Source of the DNA: Histomonas meleagridis 2922-C6/04-290x
Taxonomy: Eukaryota; Protista; Parabasalia
Length of the DNA: 64,000 nucleotides
Assembly: GCA_020184695.1 (NCBI GenBank)
Contig: JAANOX010000261.1
Span: 156,178 to 220,177 of the forward strand
Reading direction: 5' to 3'
Shown here: positions 35,247 to 47,226 of the stretch, piece by piece
Position numbering within the stretch: position 1 is the stretch's first letter
Layout: the number at the start of each line of letters is the position of its first letter
Notes under the pieces: model-generated
Database searches by the model: none
The model's input: the letters and a program-made list of their open reading frames with translations, nothing else
Told to the model about the DNA's origin: nothing
Made by a program: the position numbers and the translations under genes

Positions 35247-36972
35247 TTAAAATAGAATTAAAAATAGTAATGAAAAAATACTTACACCAAGAGCAAGTGC
35301 TATAGTTTTTAAACTCGATCTTGATGGAAATGAATTTGATGAAATATTTGAATTTGTGATTGAATTAGAATATATGATAGAATTTGTATATGATATAGAA
35401 AATGTGTTTGCTTTTGTAAATGTATTCGATTGTGTGAATGTGTTTGCTTTTGTAAATGTATTCGATTGTGTGAATGTGTTTGCTTTTGTAAATGTATTCG
35501 ATTGTGTGAATGTGTTTGCTTTTGTAAATGTATTCGATTGTGTGAATGTGTTTGCTTTTGTAAATGTATTCGATTGTGTGAATGTGTTTGCTTTTGTAAA
35601 TGTATTCGATTGTGTGAATGTGTTTGATTGTGTAAATGGATGTGTTGACCATGGATTACAATTTTCAATGGTCGTTCCAATTGATACATTAATTTTACCA
35701 AATTTTTTTGATTTATAAGAATCTAATGTCATTACATATTTGACAGGAGTATCTTCAAATGCATCATCGCTAATATTAGGTTCTGAGTGACCATAATAAT
35801 AAACGCAAGTTAAAGATTTACATTCAAAAAATGCTTTTTTATCAATTGAAACAACATTTTCACCTATAATAACAATTGATAAATTTTCGCAATGTGCAAA
35901 AACTTCTTTATTGATAATAGTTAATGAATTTGGAAGTTCGATTTTTTTAAGAGATCCACAAAAAAAAAAATGCAGCATTTTCAATTGTAGTTATGTTATT
36001 TCCAAAAATAATATCTGATAATTTTTTACAATATAAAAATGCATATTGTTTAATTGTAGAGAGTGAATTTGGTAATATAATTCTCTCAAGTAAGCATTCA
36101 GAAAATGATTGCTGACCAATACTAATCAGATTTTCGTTAAAAATTACTTCTGACAAGTTAAAGCAACGAAAAAATGCACCATTTTCTATTATAGACAGTA
36201 ATTTGGGTAATTTAATACTTTCAAGTAAAATGCATTCGCCAAATGCGCTTACATTGATTATCGAAATTCCTTCTCCAAAAATAACTTCAGACAATTTTTT
36301 ACAATTATAAAATGCGTATTCTCCTATTGCAGAAACTGAATTCGGTAATGAAATTTTTTTGAGTGAAGTACACCGAAATGAATATTTGCTAATCGCTGTT
36401 AGATTTTCTCCAAAAATTACTTCAGACAAATTTTCACAAAAAGCAAAAGCATATTCTTCAATGGTAGTTACTGAATTTGATAATTTAATGCTTTCAAGTG
36501 CTAAACATTCAACAAATGAATATTGAGAAATTTTAATCAATTTTTCATTAAAAATAACTTTTGATAATTTAGTGCATTTATAAAACGCGCTACTACCAAC
36601 CGTATTAACATTTTTGACCAAAAGTAACATTTGATAAGTTTTTGCAATCATTAAATGCATCATTACCAATTAAAGCTACTGAATTTCAAATTTTAGCAGA
36701 TGCTAGATTGATCCACCCCCGAAATACATACGACGGTATTGAAGTAATACTCACAGCGATAATCAAAAAAATAATGCTTCATTTTTTTATAGATTGTTGC
36801 ATTTGTAAAATCTTCCATGGTTTTTTTATTGTTAATGTTTTTTTGTTTGATTATCAAATATTCCAAATGCGGGTATCATAAGATAGTATAATATCAGAAC
36901 AATCATATTTAATAAAATAAAATGATAATGAAAATGACTTATGATTCCAAAAGACACAAAACTAACTTTCAT
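35247..36972 (-). pseudogene. BspA-like gene copy 2 (expanded stalk, homopolymer frameshifts)
   Basis: Duplicate of 29560-31122, split into ORFs 35247-35984 and 35947-36669 by indels in A/T runs; some may be sequencing errors. Confidence 0.85.
35401..35616 (-). repeat. 36-bp stalk repeat, 6 units (BspA copy 2)
   Basis: Units start at 35401, 35437, 35473, 35509, 35545 and 35581. Confidence 0.95.
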
Positions 36973-37435
36973 AAATTATTTCACTTTCATAACAAAAATG
37001 AAATTACTGGTAAAATGAACACGTAATTAGAATAAAGTATTTTATCATTTGTTGTACAAAAAACAAAGTATTTGTATTGAATAATTTTCAAATTCTTAAT
37101 ACCAATAGTAATCGAATTATTCATAAAAATTAAGAATATAACTATTTTATTTATTATTGAAATACATATCACAGCATCACCACTTTTGCTGAATTTCACT
37201 ATATATTTTACATTTCCTAATATTAGATTTTTTATAAATTAACTTATATGAGAAATTTAGTTCTTTTGATCGTATATATGATATATGTTTACAAACAATG
37301 TTTACAACGATTGTAGAATATCATATATAAAATAAAACAAAATTCATAACAGCATAATAAATATCATATTTTTATTAATATCTTATTTTATATGAACAAT
37401 AATAAACTATCATTTGTGCGATTTAAATATAATTT

Positions 37436-38600
37436 TTATTCTTGATTTTTATTTTGATTCAATAACTGAATCAAATATTCACAATGCATCAAAATTTCAT
37501 CATCCGCATCACTTAATAAGAAGTCATTTAATTTATCCTCAATTTCAGCGTATTCCAAAACCTCATTAATTTGTGGAACAAAATTAAACATTTCAATAAA
37601 TATCAAGAGAACAATGTCAACAGTTTTTGGTTTCAAACTATCGCTCATCTCTCCTATACTTAAACCTCCATAAGCTAACAACTTTTGTGCCCATTCAAGA
37701 TTTTTACTATTTCCTATTACAATTGCATAACTTATATCAAGACAATTCACTCTAAACGATAGAGTGCCACTTTTCATAATGTTTGCAATTTTTTCGATCA
37801 TTTGGACTTCGTTAAAAACATCATCGATTTCATCTCTTTCTAACCTTATTAAGCCAATTATAATTTGGCAACAATAAGAAAACACTTCTTGGTCATATAG
37901 ATAATAATATTCTACATCAAAGACAGTTTTTTCAACTAAAATTAATTGGATAATTCAAACATTAAATAAAGAAAGAACTTCTTCAAGTGTTCCTTGAATG
38001 GATATAACAGACAAAAATTCGAAGGGCATACTCAACATAATAATCTCGAAATTTATTTGTGTCATTAAAAAGAATTTTATAACAATAATTTAATATCCCG
38101 GAATTAAAAAATTGACGCGTAAAAATTGGGTCAGTTACAACATTTGAGATAAATTTTTAAAGAAACTGTAATAGAGATGGCATTGTATGGGACGTCTATA
38201 TTAAGTTGCTGGATAAATTGTTGGATAATGAAATTTAACTCTGTTTGGTCAGTAATAAAAAATACGATTTTTTCAATAAAAATACTTGCGTTAGAACGAA
38301 TTTTAAAGTTTTCATTGGGTATAAAGACATTTTCGAAGAATGAGATGATTGGTGTTTTTGCTTAGAAACAAATACGAATCTGGAAATGATGCAATATCTA
38401 TTGAAACATCTTGGGCAAGCAAGACAATTGCTAAAACTTGACTATTTAATGATTGAAATAATTTTTGCAAAAAGCCTATATTTTGAAATGCTGGATGTAA
38501 TACACCAGCAACCTCCTTTACTAAATAACCAATAATTTGAAGAAGATATTCTTCTTCAATTAATTCAATTTCATACTTTTGATATATCTCTGAAATACGA
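37436..38600 (-). pseudogene. ARM-repeat pseudogene, copy 2
   Basis: Duplicate of 31609-32760. Confidence 0.6.
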
Positions 38601-38795
38601 ATGGGAAAAGAAGAAGAAATCGAAACAAAAGAAGAAGAAATTGAAACAAAAGAAGAAGAAATCGAAACGAAAGAAGAAGAAATTGAAACAAGAGAAGAAG
38701 AAATTGAAACAAAAGAAGAAGAAATTGAAACAAAAGAAGAAGAAATCGAAACGAAAGATGATGAAAGATGAATGAATAACAGAAGAAATAGAAAT
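38601..38795 (+). pseudogene. Truncated copy 2 of the EEEIETK protein gene
   Basis: MGK plus 7 repeat units, then a deletion and breakpoint into unrelated sequence. Confidence 0.8.
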
Positions 38796-38899
38796 ATAAT
38801 ACTTATAATTATACCGTTAAATGATAGTATCAATTGCTGTTAATTTTGTTACCGGCTCTGTTACCATCACCATTAACAGTAAATATTAGAAAATATTGA

Positions 38900-39125
38900 T
38901 ACCATCAACTTATATCATAAACTTATACCATAAACTTATATCATCAACTGCAAACAATAAGTATATCATTAAATTCTTTGTCGATTGCAAAAATAAATCA
39001 TATCATCAACTTCTTTGTCGACTGTAAATATAATTATTATCAAAATATCTCATCAACTGCAAACAATAAGTATATCATCAACTTATATCATTAACTGCAA
39101 ACAATAAGTATATCATCAACTTCCT
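38900..39125. repeat. Mosaic minisatellite of ~12-bp units downstream of the primase-helicase
   Basis: Recurrent tatatcatcaact and gcaaacaataag units. Confidence 0.8.
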
Positions 39126-39154
39126 TGTTGATTTTAGCAATTTATCTCTCAACA

Positions 39155-41480
39155 TCAAACATCTCCATTAAATTCTTCATCAATTCTCTTTCTATAAAAT
39201 ACGCGTGTATTCTTTCCGAATATTTTATACTGCATTTTATAAATTTCCTTTTCCATTAACTCTCGCTCAAATGATTTTTTGCTCAATTTAAAACGGTCGT
39301 ATTTTGAATATTGAATATATAAACGATTCATTTTCGATACAGTTATATATTCTATGTCTTCGTCATGATATATTGCATTCTTCCAACATTTTTCTATATC
39401 GTCAAGGAAATCTTCAAGCGGTGATTCTTTAATGGCTCTAATTTGATTTTGAACTATTGACGAATCGTAACGGTCAAATAAATTCCTTTTCACAAAATCA
39501 TCAAGATTTAATGACATTAAATAATTATATAAAGATAATGGAAAATTAATGTCATCAATAACATCTTTATCTTCAAAAAATTCCGATTGAGACATACTTC
39601 TTTCTTTAAATCTAAACATACAAAACCTAGACAGTAACGCTTGGTCTCCTGAATTCAACATGCCGTATAAATCCGCGTGATTTGTATTTAATATATCGAT
39701 TGCGAAATCATTTTCTTGGCGTGTATCACGATTCATTGCTCTTACCGTTTGTGAGTTATTAGTCAATCGCTTTATAATTTATTTGTGGTTTTGTTTGAAT
39801 AATTATCAATTGAAAATTCGTCATATGCTCGGTATAATTTTTTAGCAAATCCACCGTTATGCTTCTCATTTGATTGCTGTTCATTAATTCCGACTAAAGC
39901 AAAATCACCGTAAAGCTTCTTAAATGAATTATCAATATAAGTCTTTCCTGTATTACCAACAAATGAATATTTAATAAAGAATACGGGAGCTTTTTTGTGA
40001 TACTTTAAAGTAAAAGCAGCGATTTTCAGTAAATGATGAAAAGCTTTTATTGCTTCTTCATCGAACAATTGATTTTCAATCAATCGAATCCATTTATTAA
40101 TAAGTTCAGGTTTATCCTCTATCACATCATAACTCGTTGTAATTGACGGCGCTCTAAAGGAAGAGAAAATTTTATTATCATCTCCGACGACATCGTACTT
40201 CACAAAACTTTTGAATCTAACTCTATTCTTAACGTTTCGCAATTCTTCAGAGAGAGATATAGTTTTTGTATCTGAAATCTTTTTATGCCTTTGCCGAATC
40301 ATTTCTTTTTTTTCGGTTGATGTTGGAATCGTGATATCAAAATTTAAATAGTTTTGAAGTGTTTTTTGGTCTAAAACTGAAAAATTGATGTTGTCGTCAT
40401 TGAAAACTTTCATTATATAATCGCCTGAATCAGTGAACGCCAAACATTTTATAAGATTATTAATGTAGTCGTCGACTGTTGAAAAACGAATCATTTCTTT
40501 CAAATAATCGGAGAAACAGTATTTTGAATTTAAAAAATCATCTTTAGAAACATTATTTTTTTTAATTAACGGTAATATGAATTTATTATAATAATCACTA
40601 TTGTGAATTTTTAATATCTTCAATAAAACACCATAATTCTTATATTTTTAATTTTTATTTCTCGCTATTTGTTCAAAGAATTTATTTTTGACATTAACAG
40701 TCAAATCAGCTGTTTCATAAATTTTCATAAACGCATCATTTATTATATCGCGATTGATAAAATCACAATCAAATGAATTGATACCACTAATTACAGGAAG
40801 TAATGAAACCTCAACATCAACAGATTTATTGCAATCATTATGAATTTCAATATTTTTAAAACCACCAACTAAAGCGTTAAATAATTTTAATTTATCCTAT
40901 GAATCTCTCTCTTCTGTTTCTTCTTCATCAAATAATTCTTCATTAAAACTTAATTCTTCACTAATAACAGTAATTTTTTCATTTCGTTTTTCAATCAAAC
41001 TTTCAAAATCAATTTTAATTTCTTCATATAACGTATTTCTAAGTTCATTGGAAGTCATTAATTCATCATTATTGCAATCATTTATTAAAATATATTCGCC
41101 TATTACTCCGTCATGATTTATTGCTTTACTTTCGGGTAAAACCACTATAGAACGTTTATTTGAATCAATCGGCGCAAACAAATCAACATCAAACAATTCA
41201 CAACTGAAGCATTTAATAAATCTATTCTTACTTAAAGGTATTGAACAATCCCATAAACTATAAATATGAGTTCCTCCTGACGCAGTTTTACTTCAAAAGC
41301 TTTAGAAGTAAATGATTTCAAAACTTCTTCTCGTTCACATTTTACGTCTATATCAACAATAGCGTACGGCGATGAATTAGCGAGTAATGCTTCACCAGTC
41401 TTTTTACCAATCTTTACTCCACCGTGTTTTTCATAATTGCGAAGAATAATCTTTCTACCAATGAATGTATCGTTATTCAT
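39155..41480 (-). pseudogene. Bifunctional Prim-Pol (AEP) fused to an SF3-like helicase, frameshifted
   Basis: YAIVDID; after a 1-nt shift in an A run, TASGGTHIY; DVDLF; Walker A VGNTGKTYID; Walker B-like YRAYDEF; ILNTN...SRF. Spans ORFs 41232, 40897, 39772 and 39155. Confidence 0.75.
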
Positions 41481-41570
41481 GTTCTTTTTAATGATGCTAA
41501 AAAAAGTAATTACAACATTAAAACTAAGCTTAATTACAACATATATATTTATAATTTTTACAACTAATGA

Positions 41571-41780
41571 ATGGAATCCATTAATGACATCAATAACTTA
41601 GATGATAACAAAAAACATAGATTGACAAAGAATCAAAAAAGATTGTATATTGATTTTCTAATGCGTGATGATATAAAAGAAATTTTAAAAACAATTCCTA
41701 AAAGGTCACAATTGAATTTTTTAAGACAAGCTTTCGAAAAAGAAACTGGAATTAAAATATCACGTCATATAGCTAATTAA
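41571..41780 (+). CDS. Small basic protein, paralogue of the inverted-repeat protein
   Basis: KHRLTKNQ...AFEKETGIKIS aligns by eye with KGRLRKNQ...LYLNDSGIAVS of 47885-48184. Confidence 0.55.
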   Translation: MESINDINNLDDNKKHRLTKNQKRLYIDFLMRDDIKEILKTIPKRSQLNFLRQAFEKETGIKISRHIAN

Positions 41781-41928
41781 ATAAAACCTGACAAGATTCC
41801 AACAGTCATTTATGGCGGTCAAACTTATATTGTATGTTAAACATTTATTTTTGTCTTTCGATTGTATAGTAATGTGATTCGTCGATCGTTGTATTTGTTG
41901 TTTCATTTGATTATATCACAATGATTTG

Positions 41929-42622
41929 TCGATTTTAAAAAAATTATTGAGTCACAAAGTAACAAGTAACTTTTACATTTCTCTATAACGTCGGAGGATT
42001 CCGCCATCCGCCATTAAAATCAATTTGTTACTCGTTATTCTTTACATTTAACAATAAATATAAGAAGCTCCCATAACATTTAATGAATCGCGAACGGCAA
42101 AAAGTTCCGACATATCATTCGATTATATACATTAATGAAAGCGTTAATTGAAGAAGTCGAGACAAACATTTTTGTTCTTTCATCAACAAAATTATTAACG
42201 TCAAAAGTAGATTTTAATAGTAACTGTTAAATCTTAAGGCGTCATTTTCCTGTCGCCATTAAATTTTTTAAAATTCTCAAGACCGTGCATTTTTGCACAT
42301 CCTTAAATCAAAGTTAATTTTTAAATAACGATTTAAATTTTTATTGATTACAAAAATGAGTAAAATAACAGTTGACCGTAAAGGAAGATTAAGAAAAAAC
42401 CAAGTTATTGATTTTATCCTGTGATACGATACTTTAAAAGATGATTTGAAAAACATGAGCCGGTCGAAGATTCAAGAACTTTATTTAAATGATTCAGGCA
42501 TTGCTGTATCGAACAATTTTATTGCTCAAACTTTGAAAAACGAATATTTAATAAAAGATAATAAGATTTATCGGTTATACGGCGAGTTTGATAACGGCGT
42601 TAATGATAGTTCAACATCAGAC
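41929..42622 (+). repeat. Outer inverted repeat arm A (~694 bp)
   Basis: Reverse complement of 47918-48610, near-identical where compared. Confidence 0.95.
42285..42298 (+). promoter_or_regulatory. Palindromic GTGCA-TTTT-TGCAC upstream motif
   Basis: Also at 42916-42929 and inverted at 48241-48254; each copy lies about 57-60 bp before an ATG (42356, 42989, 48184). Promoter role is inference. Confidence 0.5.
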
Positions 42623-42667
42623 AAAGACGAAGATAAAGATAAAAAAGAAGACAAAGTAAATACATGA
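42356..42667 (+). pseudogene. Arm-A copy of small protein, inactivated by TGG>TGA
   Basis: MSKITVDRKGRL... as in 47885-48184, but with TGA at 42422-42424 where the other copy has TGG. Confidence 0.85.
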
Positions 42668-42988
42668 ATTGAATGATTTTTGATAACAGCTACGGTCGCC
42701 CGTCCCGGGGCGACCATAAGAAACAAGCTTGAAACTCAAAAATACTTCTTCATTTAATTAATTCACAAATGGAAAATACAAACGACTAAACGTAAATTTA
42801 GAAACAAGTCGAAACAAGTTGTGAATGATTCATTTCTTTATATCAATAATTAATCATTACTGTTATTCATTAACGGCAGAAGTCAACACCAACATTTTTT
42901 AAAATTTACAAGACTGTGCATTTTTGCACATCCTCAAAATCAAGTTAATTTTAAAACATACATTTTATAATTTTATTTATATTATAAC

Positions 42989-43366
42989 ATGGAGTTATCA
43001 ATTCCAGAAGAATTTTCAAAATATAATATACCATTTAACATAGAGGAAGAAGAATTTACAAATGCAAATACTATTATAGAAAATATATTTAGAATTTATG
43101 GGAAACAAAATTGCATTGAGTTTTACTTTGACTTTAACGAATCACAAACGTTTGATAATATAGTATATAGAATCAGAATAAACAATATAAAATTTGGTGA
43201 TAATAATATAACGTTTAAAATTCCTGAATACATTCACGTAACAAACACAAAGCATAGAACATTAACTAAGAATAATAATGAAGTCGTTTATCTTACCAAG
43301 AACTCTGAAACGTTCAGAAATAAAGATGGAGTCGTCGTTAAATACTATTATTATCATTTTAATTGA
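42989..43366 (+). CDS. Hypothetical protein between arms A and B
   Basis: Intact 125-aa ORF preceded by the GTGCA palindrome motif. Confidence 0.6.
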   Translation: MELSIPEEFSKYNIPFNIEEEEFTNANTIIENIFRIYGKQNCIEFYFDFNESQTFDNIVYRIRINNIKFGDNNITFKIPEYIHVTNTKHRTLTKNNNEVVYLTKNSETFRNKDGVVVKYYYYHFN

Positions 43367-43393
43367 AAAATCATTGACGGAAGGATAAATTTA

Positions 43394-44048
43394 AAACAAG
43401 TATCTTTGTGTTGAATGACAAGAAAATTGATTTTCAGTAATTATGAACATTAATCAAAAAATCATTGATTCGACGAATGAAACAGAAACGTTTAAAATTG
43501 ATTTCTCAAACAAATACTTTTCATTCTCGATTTCATAAACGGAATCATTAATTTAAAACATGTCAAAACAAGTGTGAATGATTCATATTATTTTTAATGC
43601 TACCTAACAATCTAACTTAACTTAACCTAACAAAAAATTTTGGAGAAAGACTTTTCAGAAATAGCTGTTTCTTCGAACCATCATTTTTGATTGTGTGAAA
43701 TTATCCGAAAAATGCAAGTTAGCAACAGTTGCTGAGTTGTGTGTGCAAGAAAACACACAAAAATACTTTTACAATTAATCCGAATAATTAATGACAAAAA
43801 CATAAATACCTTTCATTTCTTGATTTTTCATAAGCGGCAAAACGTAATTTTAAAACGTGTGTTTTTCAGTGTATTTTCTTCAGAAAGTATCATTAAAATT
43901 TCAAAGGTGATTTTTAACGAAAAAATTCACCCTCAACGAATCGGAGTAAATGAGCGTTTTTTGAATGATTTAACGTAAATATTGCATGTTTGCTTGAGTT
44001 GCTGAAAGGTTAAAATTTTATTTTTTTTTAACCCTCAAATTTTTCATT
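43394..44048 (+). repeat. Inner inverted repeat arm B
   Basis: Reverse complement of 46271-47091; the right arm carries extra internal repeats at about 46560-46735. Confidence 0.95.
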
Positions 44049-45300
44049 GACATATATCACTAACTCAGTCGTAGATTTCACATATTTCTTGTTCTTCAGT
44101 CACATTAACATTAACGTAAGAAGTTGATTTTACATATTTCTTGTTCTTCAGTCACATTAACACTAACGGAGAGAAGTCAATTTAAAACAAGAATTTTTGT
44201 GTATAAATGATTTAAAAATTGATTTTTAGTAATTACAAATAATATATATAAAAAGTTATTGATTCGTCAAATGGACGCATTGGTGAAGACGTTGATTTTG
44301 CATGTTAAGACTTATTCAGTAATTAATTCCACTGTAGATTTTCAGTGTTTACATAAAATATTTATACTACCCGATAACTTGATATACCAGGTAGTTATCA
44401 GGTAAAATTGCGATTAGCTAAAGGGAAATCATAATTGTTCTGTGAGTTATTCTAACTTGATGATATGAGCCGGATATTGCATGTTTGCGGGAGCTACTGA
44501 ATGAAAGCGTCAACGGCAAGACGTATATTTAGAAACAAGTGTTTTTTGTATAAATGATTGAGAAATTAATGATACAGTAAACTATAAAACATTCATTTAT
44601 AGTCATTGATTCGTCAAATGGACGCATTAATGAAAAATTGATAATGATTCAGTATTATAAAATATATCATTGAAATTTCGAAGGTGATTTATTAACCTTA
44701 AAGTTAACCCTAAACGAAACGGAGTAAATGAGCATTTTTTGAATGATTCAACGTAAATATTGCATGTTTGCTTGAGTTGCTGAAAGGTTAAAATTTTATT
44801 TTTTTTTAACCCTCAAATTTTTCAGTAACATATAACATTACCGGAGACGTAAATTCAGAAACAAGAATATTTCAGTTGAATAACAAGAAAATTGATTTCC
44901 AGTAATTATAAGAACATTCATATATACATTAATTAGAAGTTGTTGCATTCGACGAATGATAGCATTAACCGCTCAAAAAATAATTCTTCATTCATTCGAA
45001 TAGTTATTGAAAGTTGACGGAAGGATCCTATAAAAATACTAATACTACTATCAAAAAAGTTATTAGCAACAGTAAATTCAAAATGTTCTGTGAGTTATTC
45101 TAACTTGATGACTTGACGTGAATTTTGCATGTTTACGTGAGCTGTTGATTGATTAACAAACGGTGAATGTTGATTTAAAACAACTATTTTTATGTTGAAT
45201 AACAAGAAAATTGATTTTCAGTAATAATTCACATTCATATGAACATTCATATAAATATTCATTATAAGTTATTGATTCTCTGTAGATTTAAGCGCGAATG
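43834..45300 (+). repeat. Degenerate ~330-bp tandem array
   Basis: aacgg..aaacgtaa.tt.aaaacaag-type module at 43834, 44165, 44512, 44841 and 45169 (spacings 331, 347, 329, 328), mostly followed by aagaaaattgattt.cagtaa and attcg.c.aatg. Confidence 0.8.
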
Positions 45301-45462
45301 CTGTGATTGACATTATAATTTCAATGTTTTGTATTTAGTGTTTTGTATTTGATGTTTTGTATTTAGTGTTTTGTATTTACTTCTTTTGTATTTTATAAAT
45401 ATATCACTATTAAAATTAAGTTGATTTATAATTTTATTTTTCATTTTTTTTATTTATATAAA

Positions 45463-45921
45463 ATGGATATTGAAAAACATATTTCAAACGAAGAAGAAGA
45501 TTGTAAAGTTATTGATATGATTGAAAAGAAATAAGAAATTATAACCAATAACTTAATTCAAAAAATCGAAACTTTAAAACTAAATGACAAATTAGAGGTA
45601 TTAAAGAAAATTAATAATAATCCTGAATTTTATGACAAGAAACAAATTTCAAAGGATGAAGAAGAAGAATATGAGCTCGAAACTTTAGCTGACATTTCGT
45701 TTGAAGCTGTTGATATCAGAGAGTTTAAAAATTCAAAGTTTGAAAATTACTACTTCGATATTCGCGTTCATGGGTTCTATTTCTTCGACGGTATTTTTTA
45801 TCATCGTTTGCGCGTAAATTATGACCGACTCGAAAATGCGTTCGTGTTCTTACGTGATATTTACGATATATTAGTTTCCGTTCGTTTGTCTTATTATTAT
45901 AAATTTGTGGGGTTGTACTAA
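45463..45921 (+). pseudogene. HNH-less paralogue of the HNH protein C-terminal domain, one in-frame TAA
   Basis: Not in the ORF track. ATG at 45463, TAA at 45532-45534, then ...DIREFKNSKFENYYFD...FYFFDG...AFVFLRDI...Y*, matching IEMKEYAGHELEVYYYD...FYFWNG...AFVRVRDI of 47227-47784. Confidence 0.7.
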
Positions 45922-46270
45922 GTAATTTTATTTTTGTTTTTTCATTAAATACAAAACACTAAATACAAAGCATTATATACAAAAAAACACTCGTTCGAAA
46001 ATTACGTTTTACCGTTAGTGTTTCATCAAGAAACGAAACGTATTTATGACGATTGTTTATGTTTTATCATTACGTCTTATCAAGAGTGATTGTATTTATT
46101 TTTAAATTTGAATGAAGATTCAACTATTTTTCAATTAATGGAAATCAATTTTTCTTGTCATTCAACTGAAAAACACTTGTTTGGAAATTACGTTTTGCCG
46201 TTAATTTTATATGTTGATGAATAAGTATAAACATGTAATATATACTTCTCTCCGTTAGTGTTTGTATGCT

Positions 46271-47091
46271 AATGAAAAATTTGAGGGTTAAAAAAAAAAT
46301 AAAATTTTAACCTTTCAGCAACTCAAGCAAACATGCAATATTTACGTTAAATCATTCAAAAAACGCTCATTTACTCCGATTCGTTGAGGGTGAATTTTTT
46401 CGTTAAAAATCACCTTTGAAATTTTAATGATACTTTCTGAAGAAAATACACTGAAAAACACACGTTTTAAAATTACGTTTTGCCGCTTATGAAAAATCAA
46501 GAAATGAAAGGTATTTATGTTTTTGTCATTAATTATTCGGATTAATTGTAAAAGTATTTTTGTGTGTTTTCTGTTTAGTTTCAACACATTCATTAACGTA
46601 TTCAGATGAATGAAGAAGTATTTTTTGTGTGTTTTCTGTTTAGTTTCAACACATTCATTAATTATTCGGATTAATTGAAAAAGTATTTTTGTGTGTTTTC
46701 TGTTTAGTTTCGCTTGAATCATAAGGTCCGGTGTTTTTGCACACACAACTCAGCAACTGTTGCTAACTTGCATTTTTCGGATAATTTCACACAATCAAAA
46801 ATGATGGTTCGAAGAAACAGCTATTTCTGAAAAGTCTTTCTCCAAAATTTTTTGTTAGGTTAAGTTAAGTTAGATTGTTAGGTAGCATTAAAAATAATAT
46901 GAATCATTCACACTTGTTTTGACATGTTTTAAATTAATGATTCCGTTTATGAAATCGAGAATGAAAAGTATTTGTTTGAGAAATCAATTTTAAACGTTTC
47001 TGTTTCATTCGTCGAATCAATGATTTTTTGATTAATGTTCATAATTACTGAAAATCAATTTTCTTGTCATTCAACACAAAGATACTTGTTT
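46271..47091 (-). repeat. Inner inverted repeat arm B'
   Basis: Partner of 43394-44048. Confidence 0.95.
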
Positions 47092-47226
47092 CCAAATTTA
47101 CGTTTTGCCGTTAAATATAATCATTAATTCCTCCGTAAAACTCTTGATTTTCAGCTGATTTTAACGAATTATAAAAAATTAAGTTCATCTTTTAAAAAAT
47201 TTATTTTTTCAATTTCTATAAAAAAT

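Larger units (their letters stand above)
29254..38795. repeat. Tandem segmental duplication, offset about 5686 bp (29254-~32930 vs 34940-~38795)
   Basis: Mariner 3' end, BspA, ARM pseudogene and EEEIETK gene are repeated in the same order. Offset is 5686-5687 before and 5831 after a 144-bp repeat expansion. Confidence 0.95.

Noticed and set aside
35401-35616. 36-bp direct repeats as a CRISPR array
   Set aside because: Units are contiguous with no spacers, in frame inside a BspA gene, and there are no cas genes; the context is eukaryotic.
29622-35718. Alternative-frame repeat ORFs (HSHNRIHLQKQT, NVFAFV, CECVCFCKC, FFFFRFD)
   Set aside because: These are other-frame or antisense translations of the 36-bp and 21-bp coding repeats; the Cys-rich one is not a metallothionein.
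19016-41300. Programmed ribosomal frameshifting at viral gene breaks
   Set aside because: Most breaks sit in A/T homopolymers with no downstream structure noticed; sequencing error or decay is simpler.
43739-46746. ORFs 43739-43978 and 46342-46746 as genes
   Set aside because: They lie within non-coding-looking inverted arm B, start at non-ATG codons, are built from repeat modules and show no protein-like motif.
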